A stretch of 33,990 nucleotides of DNA from a virus (lineage: Duplodnaviria > Heunggongvirae > Uroviricota > Caudoviricetes), in the IMG/VR virus record IMGVR_UViG_2737471857_000019; one strand, 5' to 3'. The number at the start of each line of letters is the position of its first letter. Within the stretch, counting starts at the first letter, position 1. Under the pieces are notes generated by a model. It was not told the DNA's origin. It worked only from the letters and a program-made list of their open reading frames with translations, and made no database searches. Positions 16,161-24,483 of this stretch are shown here, piece by piece. The position numbers and the translations under genes were made by a program.

Positions 16161-17313
16161 CGATGTTGACCTGGGGTATGCGTACACACTGAAACCGGAA
16201 GAAGCGATTAAGTATTTCGAAAGTAAGGGATACGTTATCGGCTTCCGCTGGCACGATGTGAAGGATATCGCCAACGCCCGGGCGTTCACGGTGGCGGGCG
16301 TGCTGAAACTGGATGTGCTGAAGGATATCCGTGATGGCCTGACGGCCGCACTGGCTGACGGCGGGACGTTCCGGGAGTTTGCTGCACAACTGGAGCCACT
16401 GCTGGAGAAAAAAGGCTGGCTGGGTAAAAAACTGATTGTGGACGAGGACACCGGCGAACTGCACGGCAGACAGCTGACGCCGCGCCGGTTGCGCACGATA
16501 TTTGATACCAACATTCAGTCGTCCTACAACGCCGGACGTTATCAGCAACAGATGGCGAACGTGGCCGACCGGCCTTATTTTGAGCGCGTGGCGGTGATGG
16601 ACCTTCACACACGCCCGAAACACGCCGCCCTGAACGGCTTTACCGCCCGGGCGGATGACCCGGTCTGGGAGTATTTCTACGCCCCTGACGGGTACGGATG
16701 CCGCTGCCGTATCCGGGCGCGTTCGGCGTCTGATGTGGAGAAATATGGCCTGACGGTGCAGAGCAGCGAGGGGCGACTGGTTGAGGTTGAGCAGGAATAT
16801 GGCCAGCCGGGCCTGACCATCAGAACAATGGGACTGAAGATGCCGGACGGCTCCGTGTATACCGCCGACCCGGGCTTCGGATTTAATCCCGGTCGGGTGG
16901 CATGGCAGCCGGAACTGGAGAAATATGATTACCGCAGTGCCCGCCAGTATGTCACCGGCACTCTGACCGGGCCGGATTTTGCCCGGGGACTGGCGAACGT
17001 CAGCGAACTGGATGCGCGCCAGCGATATCCGCTGGCCATCCGTTCACCGGAACAGGTCGCCGCCACGGGCGCTGCACGGCAGACGGTAAACCTTACGGCT
17101 GACGTTATGAAGCGCCTCAGTGCAACAGACACGCCCCCGGCCGCCGCCGACTATGTGCTGATGCAGCAGACCATCGAACGGGCGGAGCATGTCACGCAGG
17201 ACGGCAACGCGTGGCGGTATGCGTTACAGTCGGGCGACCGCTGGTCAGTGGCGACGGTTGAGGATGACGTGCTGACAGACTGGGTTATGCAGGATACCCC
17301 GGAGGCATCATGA
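16147..17313 (+). CDS. head morphogenesis protein (Mu F / SPP1 gp7 family)
   Basis: 388 aa ORF overlapping the portal stop; Mu synteny. Confidence 0.7.
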   Translation: MPTADDVDLGYAYTLKPEEAIKYFESKGYVIGFRWHDVKDIANARAFTVAGVLKLDVLKDIRDGLTAALADGGTFREFAAQLEPLLEKKGWLGKKLIVDEDTGELHGRQLTPRRLRTIFDTNIQSSYNAGRYQQQMANVADRPYFERVAVMDLHTRPKHAALNGFTARADDPVWEYFYAPDGYGCRCRIRARSASDVEKYGLTVQSSEGRLVEVEQEYGQPGLTIRTMGLKMPDGSVYTADPGFGFNPGRVAWQPELEKYDYRSARQYVTGTLTGPDFARGLANVSELDARQRYPLAIRSPEQVAATGAARQTVNLTADVMKRLSATDTPPAAADYVLMQQTIERAEHVTQDGNAWRYALQSGDRWSVATVEDDVLTDWVMQDTPEAS

Positions 17314-17860
17314 GCAACGGTAAACTGGATATTAAGATTGATTTAAGCGCGTATAACACCACGCTGGGGAAACTGATTCGTTCCGTGAAGGACCGGCGCG
17401 ATCTGATGACGGCACTTGCGGGTTCCATGCTGGATGCGGTTGAGACTAACTTTGAACAACAGGGGCGCCCGAAATGGATGGGCTGGAGTCCGGCTTATGC
17501 GAAACGGCGCGGCCCCGGGCAAATCCTTCAGAAATCCGGGCGACTGGCTGCCAGTATCCGCTCTGCGGTTAACAATAACGAGGCCACGGTCGGGACAAAC
17601 GTCCGTTATGCCCGTATCCACAACGAAGGCGGCGAAATCCGCCATCAGGCACGGACGCAGAACCTGTATTTTAAACAGTACAAAAACGGCAGCGTCAGCA
17701 CCCGCTTTGTGAAAAGCGCAACAGTAATTTTGTGCAGAGCGCAACGGTCGGAGCGTATACGGTCAACATGCCCGCGCGCCCCTTCCTTCAGCTTGTACAG
17801 GACGACATCGACGAGCTGGAGAACACCGCAAACCGCTATTTTGCGCGTGTGATTGACTGA
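17310..17860 (+). CDS. virion morphogenesis protein (Mu G-like), apparently frameshifted by a 23 bp near-tandem duplication
   Basis: Frame of 17310 runs to 17852 with an aberrant tail; the frame shifted by -1/+2 encodes ...NMPARPFLQLVQDDIDELENTANRYFARVID and stops at 17860; duplicated segments 17706-17728 and 17729-17751. Confidence 0.6.
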
Positions 17861-18013
17861 ATGACCACAAACGCGCTGTAATCGTCTGTGGCAACATAAA
17901 CGCCTCACGGATGAGGCATTACAGCACCGCACCCCGTAAATGCTGTCAGAATCGTTTTTAAAAGGGTTTTAAAAACGGTTTTATTTCCCCTTTTATCCTT
18001 TCGCGTTATGGCT

Positions 18014-18040
18014 GGGTGCTGAACACCCTCCACAGTACCC
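18014..18040 (+). promoter_or_regulatory. late-block dyad motif copy B (GGGTG-CTGAA-CACCC then CAGTACCC)
   Basis: Shared with 10005-10032 and 29764-29781; lies 20-47 nt upstream of the protease/scaffold start. Confidence 0.5.
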
Positions 18041-18060
18041 CGTGTTCCCCTTCCGTCATC

Positions 18061-19185
18061 ATGCCGCGTATGAAACTGAACATTGCGGCGTTAAGCCTCG
18101 AAATTACTAAAGCAACCCACAGCGAAATCCAGCTGTTTCCGGCGGGCGAGTTCAGCGCGGTGGATGGTCGCCCACATACCGATGAAGTCGAAAGCGGTAA
18201 ATGGGTGCTGACCGCTGAACTGGCCGCGCAGCTTGTCGCGCAGGTGGCCGCCCGTACCACGCCTTTTGTCATTGATTACGAACATCAGACGCTGCGCGCC
18301 GTAAACAACGGCAAGCCCGCCCCGGCGGCGGGCTGGTTCAGCCAGGTGGAATGGCGAGAAGGCGCGGGCCTGTATGCCACCGGTGTGGAGTGGACGGATA
18401 ACGCGGCGGCCATGATTGCCGCCGGTGAGTACAAATTTATTTCCCCTGTTTTTGCCTACAACAAGCGCGGCGAAGTGCTGGAGCTGTTACATGCTGCGCT
18501 GACCAATACCCCGGCGCTCGACGGTATGGACGCGGTCATGCTGGCTGCGGCCAGCCGTCTGGCGAGTCTGTCAACTGAAACGGAGAACACAACGGTGGAT
18601 GAAGAACTGTTAAACGACTTGCTGTCCAGTCTGCGCTGGATGCTTAACCTCCCGGTTACCTCAACGGCGGAAGATATCAAAAACGAGCTGCAAAAGGTCG
18701 TTGACATGATTTCGAACGGTCAGGGAACGGCGGCGGCATCCGTCAGCCTGCTGGCCCTGCTGAATCAGAAAGACGAGCAAATCGCCAGCCTGTCAGCCAG
18801 TGCCTATGACCCGTCAAAACACATTTCCCTTGCGGCCTTTGAAGAACTTCAGGGGCGTTATGCCGCACTGGCGCAACAGTCCGGTGAGGCCGAAGCCGGG
18901 GCACTGATTCAGGCGGCGCTGTCTGACGGGCGACTGCTTCCGGCGCAGGAAGACTGGGCGAAAGATTACGCCAGCCGCGATATCAACGGCTTTAAGTCCT
19001 GGCTGGATAACGCACCAAAACTTGTTGCACTCAGTCAGACCCAGACCGGCGGTAAACCACCCCAAACGCCGTCGCCTGCCCCGGCGCAGATTAAAACCGG
19101 TGATGACATCGATGTCGATATCGCCATTTGTTCAATGATGGGCGTTGATCCAGAGGATGTCGCCCGTTACGCAGGAGACAAGTAA
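18061..19185 (+). CDS. head protease/scaffold protein (Mu I-like)
   Basis: Position after G and before the major head gene; track start 18016 is a GTG inside the conserved motif, ATG 18061 preferred. Confidence 0.7.
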   Translation: MPRMKLNIAALSLEITKATHSEIQLFPAGEFSAVDGRPHTDEVESGKWVLTAELAAQLVAQVAARTTPFVIDYEHQTLRAVNNGKPAPAAGWFSQVEWREGAGLYATGVEWTDNAAAMIAAGEYKFISPVFAYNKRGEVLELLHAALTNTPALDGMDAVMLAAASRLASLSTETENTTVDEELLNDLLSSLRWMLNLPVTSTAEDIKNELQKVVDMISNGQGTAAASVSLLALLNQKDEQIASLSASAYDPSKHISLAAFEELQGRYAALAQQSGEAEAGALIQAALSDGRLLPAQEDWAKDYASRDINGFKSWLDNAPKLVALSQTQTGGKPPQTPSPAPAQIKTGDDIDVDIAICSMMGVDPEDVARYAGDK

Positions 19186-19581
19186 ATGGATCGCAATACC
19201 CCCTATCGTGACGGCGAGCTGAACCCGGTGCCGGTTGCCGCTGCGACCGAAATTTTTGGCGGCCATATGGTGGCCGTTAACGCATCCGGTTATGCCGTTC
19301 CGGCCAGTGCCACGGCCTCACAGATTACGCTGGGCGTGTCTGATGGCTGGGTGGATAACAGCACCGGCAGCGATGGCGACGCCACCGTTCTGGTGCGTTG
19401 CGGCAAAGCCTTTCTGATGGCGAACAGCACCTCAGACCCGGTCACGCAATCGCAGGTCGGCAAGGTGTGCTACGTGGAAGACAGCGTGACCGTGGCAAAA
19501 ACCGACAACAGCAGCGCCCGCCCTGTCGCCGGGAAAATAATCGGCATCGGTGACGATGGCGTCTGGGTTCATTTCAGTTAA
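19186..19581 (+). CDS. small head-associated protein (Mu Z position; possibly DUF2190-like decoration protein)
   Basis: Gly/Ala/Val-rich 131 aa ORF between the protease/scaffold and major head genes. Confidence 0.4.
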   Translation: MDRNTPYRDGELNPVPVAAATEIFGGHMVAVNASGYAVPASATASQITLGVSDGWVDNSTGSDGDATVLVRCGKAFLMANSTSDPVTQSQVGKVCYVEDSVTVAKTDNSSARPVAGKIIGIGDDGVWVHFS

Positions 19582-19591
19582 GGAGCAAAAC

Positions 19592-20500
19592 GTGATAGTC
19601 AACGTTAAAAACGTCAAACAGATTTTTATCAATCTGAAGGCCACCTTCCAGAAAGCCTTCGACCAGTCACCAACTGACTGGCAGAAGGTGGCAATGGAAG
19701 TGCCATCAAACGGCAAGGAGAACGACTACAGCTGGTTAAGTCGTTTCCCGAAAATGCGCGAGTGGATTGGTGACAAGGTCGTTAAATCACTGGCGGCATT
19801 TAACTACACCATCCGTAACAAGGACTGGGAAGCCACGGTTGAAGTCGATCGTAACGACATCGAGGACGACCAGATTATGGGCTATGCCCTTCAGGCGAAA
19901 GGGGCCGGACAGTCGGCGGCAGAGCTACCAGCAGATATTGTGGCGTCCCTTATCAGTAACGGTTTTACCAATCCCTGTTACGACGGTCAGATGTTCTTTG
20001 ATACCGACCACCTGGTCGCCGGTAAATCGGTGTCCAACAAAGGCACCAAAAAACTCAAAGTTGGCTCGCTTGCCGAGGCGAAAGCCTCCTACGGTGCCGC
20101 CCGTACGGCCATGCGTAGTCTGAAAGATGACGAAGGCGCATCCCTCAAAATTCGCCCGAATCTGCTGGTTGTGCCACCGGCGCTGGAGGATGACGCGAAC
20201 TACCTGATGACCGCCGAGAAGTTCCCGGACGGCACGCCGAACCCGTACCGCAATACCGCCGAAGTGCTGGTGATGCCGGAGCTGGCGTCGGATTCTGCGT
20301 GGTTCCTGTTTGACACCACCAAACCAGTGAAACCGCTGATTTATCAGCTGCGTAAAAAGCCTGTTTTTGTGGAGCAGACGGACTACAACAGCGACAACGT
20401 GTTCAAGCGTAAGAAGTTCCTGTTTGGTGCCGAAGCGCGCTGTAACGGCGGTTACGGCTTCTGGCAGATGGCATTTGGTTCTGATGGTACGACGGAGTAA
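19592..20500 (+). CDS. major head subunit (Mu T-like)
   Basis: GTG 19592 with a strong AGGAG SD 6 nt upstream; about 300 aa; Mu synteny. Confidence 0.75.
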   Translation: MIVNVKNVKQIFINLKATFQKAFDQSPTDWQKVAMEVPSNGKENDYSWLSRFPKMREWIGDKVVKSLAAFNYTIRNKDWEATVEVDRNDIEDDQIMGYALQAKGAGQSAAELPADIVASLISNGFTNPCYDGQMFFDTDHLVAGKSVSNKGTKKLKVGSLAEAKASYGAARTAMRSLKDDEGASLKIRPNLLVVPPALEDDANYLMTAEKFPDGTPNPYRNTAEVLVMPELASDSAWFLFDTTKPVKPLIYQLRKKPVFVEQTDYNSDNVFKRKKFLFGAEARCNGGYGFWQMAFGSDGTTE

Positions 20501-20503
20501 TGC

Positions 20504-20836
20504 ATGGAAAAGGTGATTGAAATTACCGCCCGCCGTGAGGGTTTTCGCCGCTGCGGTGTGGCACACAGCGCAACCACGAAGGAATGGCCTGCGGATGCGT
20601 TCACCCCGGAACAGCTGGCGGTGCTGAAGGCTGACCCCATGCTGATTGTGGTGGAGCGCGATAAAGCGTCCGGCCAGAACGACGCGGCCCGGGGTGATGA
20701 GCTGGCCGCACAGCTGGATGCCGAGCGTCAGAAAGTCAGCGAACTGACGGCGCAGCTGGAAGAAGAGCGCGGGAAGGTCCGGGAACTGACAGCGGCGCTT
20801 AAAGCAGCGCAGAAAGCGGACAAAAAGGAGAAGTAA
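20504..20836 (+). CDS. Mu-like head-region protein with C-terminal coiled coil (110 aa)
   Basis: MEKVIEITARREGFRRCGVAHSA... resembles a conserved FluMu-region protein as recalled. Confidence 0.45.
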   Translation: MEKVIEITARREGFRRCGVAHSATTKEWPADAFTPEQLAVLKADPMLIVVERDKASGQNDAARGDELAAQLDAERQKVSELTAQLEEERGKVRELTAALKAAQKADKKEK

Positions 20837-20839
20837 CCC

Positions 20840-21271
20840 ATGTCTTACGCCACACCGGAACAGTTCATCAGGGCGTTCAGTGAACGCGAGGCGCGCACAC
20901 TGACGGATGAAGACATGACGGGATTCATCGACGAAGAAAAGCTGGCCTCCGCGCTTGCGCGCGCCAGTGCCCAGATTGATGGCTATCTGGTGGGGCGTTA
21001 CCGGACCCCGTGGCCTGACAGCCCGGGGATTCTGGTGGGTTATTGCTGCGATATCGCCCGTTATCACCTGGCGACCGATTACCGTATCTGCTCAGAAGAA
21101 ATTCAGATGCGCTACCGGGACGCCATCCGCTTTCTGGAGAAAGTCGCGGCAGGACAAATCAACCTCGGGCGGGATACGTCCGGCAGCGTGATCCAGTCAT
21201 CGTCACAGGTGCGTATCCGCTCCGGCTCCCGTCAGTTCGGGCGTGAGTCCACGCGGGGAGGTGCATTCTGA
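20840..21271 (+). CDS. Mu gp36-like protein (DUF1320)
   Basis: 143 aa, position after the major head gene; family assignment from recalled pattern. Confidence 0.55.
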   Translation: MSYATPEQFIRAFSEREARTLTDEDMTGFIDEEKLASALARASAQIDGYLVGRYRTPWPDSPGILVGYCCDIARYHLATDYRICSEEIQMRYRDAIRFLEKVAAGQINLGRDTSGSVIQSSSQVRIRSGSRQFGRESTRGGAF

Positions 21272-21324
21272 TTACTGAAATTGAACGGGCGCTGGTTGAG
21301 CGTCTGCGCTGTGGCCTGGGGCAT

Positions 21325-21906
21325 ATGGTGCAGGATGTCCGCACCTATGCCGGTGAACTGGATGAAGACCCGGGCCGGATTGTTCGCAGCCTTCCGGCAG
21401 CCTGGGTGACGTTCGGCGGCATCGTGAAAACCGAACGCTATTCCACGTCACGCCGGAAATACATTGCCATCGGACGCTTTGTGGTTGTGGTGGGTGATTA
21501 CAACACCCGCAGCGAACAGAGCGCCAGACAGGGAGGCTCTGTCCGGGATGAAGTCGGGACAAACCAGCTGGTTGAATCCGTCCGTCGCCTGCTGACCGGT
21601 CAGGATTTGGGGCTGGAGATTGATTATTTCGAACCCGGGCGGGTCAGGACGCTGTTTAACACCGGCGTGGCAGAACGGGCAATGTCCGTGTTTGCCTGTG
21701 AGTTCGATACCCGCTGGGTGGAGCACGCGCTGGAGAACGGCAAATGGCCGGAGCGCGGCGCAGAAGCGGACCGTCTCTTCAACCGCTACCACGGCAGGCT
21801 GTCAGACCCTGACCCGGATTTACTGCGAATTGGTACGCAATACGGCGCAGATATCTGTGGTCTGGATGAATTAAGAGAGCAACAGCATGAACAAAATGAA
21901 GGTTAA
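21325..21906 (+). CDS. Mu gp37-like protein (DUF1834); the true start is probably upstream at about 21268-21271 on a non-ATG codon
   Basis: The frame is open from 21247 and encodes (L)ITEIERALVERLRCGL before the first ATG. Confidence 0.55.
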   Translation: MVQDVRTYAGELDEDPGRIVRSLPAAWVTFGGIVKTERYSTSRRKYIAIGRFVVVVGDYNTRSEQSARQGGSVRDEVGTNQLVESVRRLLTGQDLGLEIDYFEPGRVRTLFNTGVAERAMSVFACEFDTRWVEHALENGKWPERGAEADRLFNRYHGRLSDPDPDLLRIGTQYGADICGLDELREQQHEQNEG

Positions 21907-22129
21907 GGCGGCTCCCGGGGTGAAGTTCCCGATGGAGGATAACGCCCGGAAATACATCACCACGGAAGCGGTGAACGTTGAGAACACCGCTTATTACCGG
22001 CGCGCCGTTCAGGACGGTGACCTGATTCTGGTGAAGGATGAGCCTGAAACCACCGTGACGGCTGAACAGGACGCCGTGCAGGTAAAAGCGAAGGCGAAGA
22101 GAGAGAAACAGGTGGATTCCGATGAGTGA
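21887..22129 (+). CDS. Mu gp38-like small protein (DUF2635-like)
   Basis: 80 aa ORF directly upstream of the sheath gene. Confidence 0.45.
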   Translation: MNKMKVKAAPGVKFPMEDNARKYITTEAVNVENTAYYRRAVQDGDLILVKDEPETTVTAEQDAVQVKAKAKREKQVDSDE

Positions 22130-23543
22130 AATTCAGTTTGACACCATTTCGGGCGGTATCCGTAAGCCCGGTGTGCATTTTGAGTTTAATACCCGGCTGG
22201 CCGTTAACACGCTGCCGGGTAATGAACAGCGTGTTCTTGTGATTGGTCCGATGCTGTCAGGCGGCACCGCCACGCCCCTGAATGCCGTTTCCGTGTATTC
22301 CGAAGACGAAGCGGATTTGTATTTCGGGGCCGGTTCGCTGGCCGCTGCAATGGCGCGCGCGGCCATTAATGCCAACAGCTATCTGCAACTGGATGTTATC
22401 GGTATTGCAGACAGTGGCGCAGGAAAGGCAGCAACCGGCGCGGTTACCGTCAGCGGTACGGCAATCAGCAGCGGCACACTGTCGGTATGGGTTGCCGGTG
22501 AGCAGGTCACGGTGGATGTGGAAACCGGTGATGAACCGTCGAAAATCATTCCGGCACTGGTGGAAGCAATGACGCAGACGCCCTCGCTTCTGGTGACGGG
22601 GGAATACAAATCAGAAACCTCTCAGCTGACGGTGACCACCCGGACCAAAGGAGCCTGGGGGAATGACATTACCCTGTCAGCGTCCACCACGGCAGGCGGT
22701 CTGACCGTGAACGCCACGCCGATGGCGAACGGCGAAATGGACCCGGATATTCAGCCCGCACTGGATGCAGTTTTCGCCGCCGGTCACAACATTCTGATTT
22801 GTCCGTTCAGTACCACGCCAGCCCTTGCCGCCCTGAAGCAGCATCTGGAGAAAACCGGGAACGCGATGGAACAGCGCGGCGCGATTGGCTGTGCGGGCTG
22901 GACGGGCAGTCTCGGGAACGGGATCACCCTGGCAGCTGGTGTGAACAGCGGGCGCGTGTCCGTCCCCTGGTATCGCGGCTCCGTGAAGCTGCCAGCGGTA
23001 CTGGCTGCCATCTACGGCGCTGTGATGGCGGGCGAGGAAGACCCGGCACGTCCGCTGAACTCGCTGGCGCTGTCCGGGCTGGATGTGGTCGCCATGTCAC
23101 AGCGTGAAAGCCGTAACGAGCAGGAAAACGCCCTGCATAACGGCCTGACGCCGGTTGAGGTTGGCCCGGGTAACACGGTGCAGATTGTGCGTGCGGTCAG
23201 TACGTACACGGTTAACGCACAGGGCGTGACTGACGTCTCGTTACTGGATGTCACGTCCATCAGAACGCTGGACTACACCCGCAAGGCGTGCCGCGAACGC
23301 ATCAGCCTTCGCTTCCCGCGCGAAAAACTCAGCACCCGTACTATCGCAAAAGTGGAAAGCGAACTGTATGACGTGCTGATTAAGCTGGAGGAAGCGGAGA
23401 TTCTGGAGAACGTGGAAGCGAACAAGGCAAAGCTGCGCGTTCAGCGAAACGGGAAAGATGCAAACCGTCTCGACTGCGTGGTTCCGGCGGATGTGGTTAA
23501 CGGCCTGCATGTGTTTGCCGGTCGCATCGACATGATTTTGTAA
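22122..23543 (+). CDS. tail sheath protein (Mu L-like)
   Basis: 473 aa ORF followed by a 124 aa tube-sized gene; contractile-tail synteny. Confidence 0.75.
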   Translation: MSEIQFDTISGGIRKPGVHFEFNTRLAVNTLPGNEQRVLVIGPMLSGGTATPLNAVSVYSEDEADLYFGAGSLAAAMARAAINANSYLQLDVIGIADSGAGKAATGAVTVSGTAISSGTLSVWVAGEQVTVDVETGDEPSKIIPALVEAMTQTPSLLVTGEYKSETSQLTVTTRTKGAWGNDITLSASTTAGGLTVNATPMANGEMDPDIQPALDAVFAAGHNILICPFSTTPALAALKQHLEKTGNAMEQRGAIGCAGWTGSLGNGITLAAGVNSGRVSVPWYRGSVKLPAVLAAIYGAVMAGEEDPARPLNSLALSGLDVVAMSQRESRNEQENALHNGLTPVEVGPGNTVQIVRAVSTYTVNAQGVTDVSLLDVTSIRTLDYTRKACRERISLRFPREKLSTRTIAKVESELYDVLIKLEEAEILENVEANKAKLRVQRNGKDANRLDCVVPADVVNGLHVFAGRIDMIL

Positions 23544-23555
23544 GGAGCGCGGTAA

Positions 23556-23930
23556 ATGTCCATTAAAGAATATGTCGGCTCGATTGTGCTGGAGGTGGAC
23601 AGCCAGGAAATCGAGATCACCGACTTTGATGTTCAGATCAACACCGGGCGAAAGCTGGTCAAGACCATGAACAAAACCGGCAGGGCCAAAGGCTTTGCCC
23701 GTGGCATTGCCACTTACGATATTTCAGTTTCGGCGGTTATCCCTGATACCAACGAGCCGGACTGGGAAAATCTGGAAGGTGTGAAAATCTCAATTTATCC
23801 GCTCAGTAACAGCGGTAAGCGCACCTCTTATCTGGACTGCTTCACCGTTGAAGTGGGTGAGAAATACACCGTCGACAGTGAAGCGAAAATTGATATCAAA
23901 ATGGCTGCACTCAGGAAGGTGACAGGATGA
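23556..23930 (+). CDS. tail tube protein (Mu M-like)
   Basis: 124 aa ORF after the sheath gene. Confidence 0.7.
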   Translation: MSIKEYVGSIVLEVDSQEIEITDFDVQINTGRKLVKTMNKTGRAKGFARGIATYDISVSAVIPDTNEPDWENLEGVKISIYPLSNSGKRTSYLDCFTVEVGEKYTVDSEAKIDIKMAALRKVTG

Positions 23931-24310
23931 CTTTGATTAATACACAGACTGGCGAACTGTCTGATGGCGTGGTGTTTAACGGCACCGTTCATAAAAACTT
24001 TGAGCTGCGTCTGCCGGTCATGCGTGATAACGGGCAGGCACTGGAAGAAACGGAAGAACGCTTTCAGACGGTGGATGGCTTCGCGGCGGATTATTACTAC
24101 CGCTGTGCGGTGATGGTGGCAACGCTGGTCCGTCTGGGGGATATTCCGCAGGAAGAACTGACGGCGGAGCTGTTACACGACAACATGACGCCGGACGATT
24201 TTAATATTCTGCTGGCATCACGCAACGTCCTGAAGGTAAAGCGGAACGGCGGGAATCCCGGCTCGCCGGACTCCGGCTCGCAGTCCTCATCCTCGGGCGC
24301 TACGGAATAA
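23927..24310 (+). CDS. tail assembly chaperone (short form)
   Basis: 127 aa ORF immediately upstream of the tape measure gene. Confidence 0.6.
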   Translation: MTLINTQTGELSDGVVFNGTVHKNFELRLPVMRDNGQALEETEERFQTVDGFAADYYYRCAVMVATLVRLGDIPQEELTAELLHDNMTPDDFNILLASRNVLKVKRNGGNPGSPDSGSQSSSSGATE

Positions 24311-24483
24311 CCGAAGAGCAAATCATGACCATGAGCCGTCCCGAGCTGGACGGCTGGCTTGCCGCCGTTGACAGGCTGAACGGCGGCGGCTCAGGAAGGA
24401 AGGACACCTCACAGACCACCCGCCAGTCATTTAAATCCCTCAGAAAGAAACGCAGAAAAGGTAAGCAGAAAAATGGCCGGTAA
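24290..24483 (+). CDS. -1 frame extension of the tail assembly chaperone (putative programmed-frameshift long form)
   Basis: The -1 frame is open across the chaperone 3' end and stops at TAA 24481-24483, overlapping the tape measure ATG 24473; slip site not identified. Confidence 0.45.

Noticed and set aside
15468-16514. Long minus-strand ORF (348 aa) antisense to the portal and head morphogenesis genes
   Set aside because: Low-complexity Arg/Ser/Pro-rich translation typical of the reverse frame of GC-rich coding DNA; no start context; fully overlapped by strongly supported + strand genes.
18016-18060. GTG 18016 as the start of the protease/scaffold gene
   Set aside because: The GTG is the first triplet of the conserved late-block motif found at two other loci where it cannot be coding; ATG 18061 is preferred.
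19925-21067. Long minus-strand ORF (380 aa) antisense to the major head gene
   Set aside because: Same antisense-artefact composition; overlaps the major head gene and its downstream neighbours.
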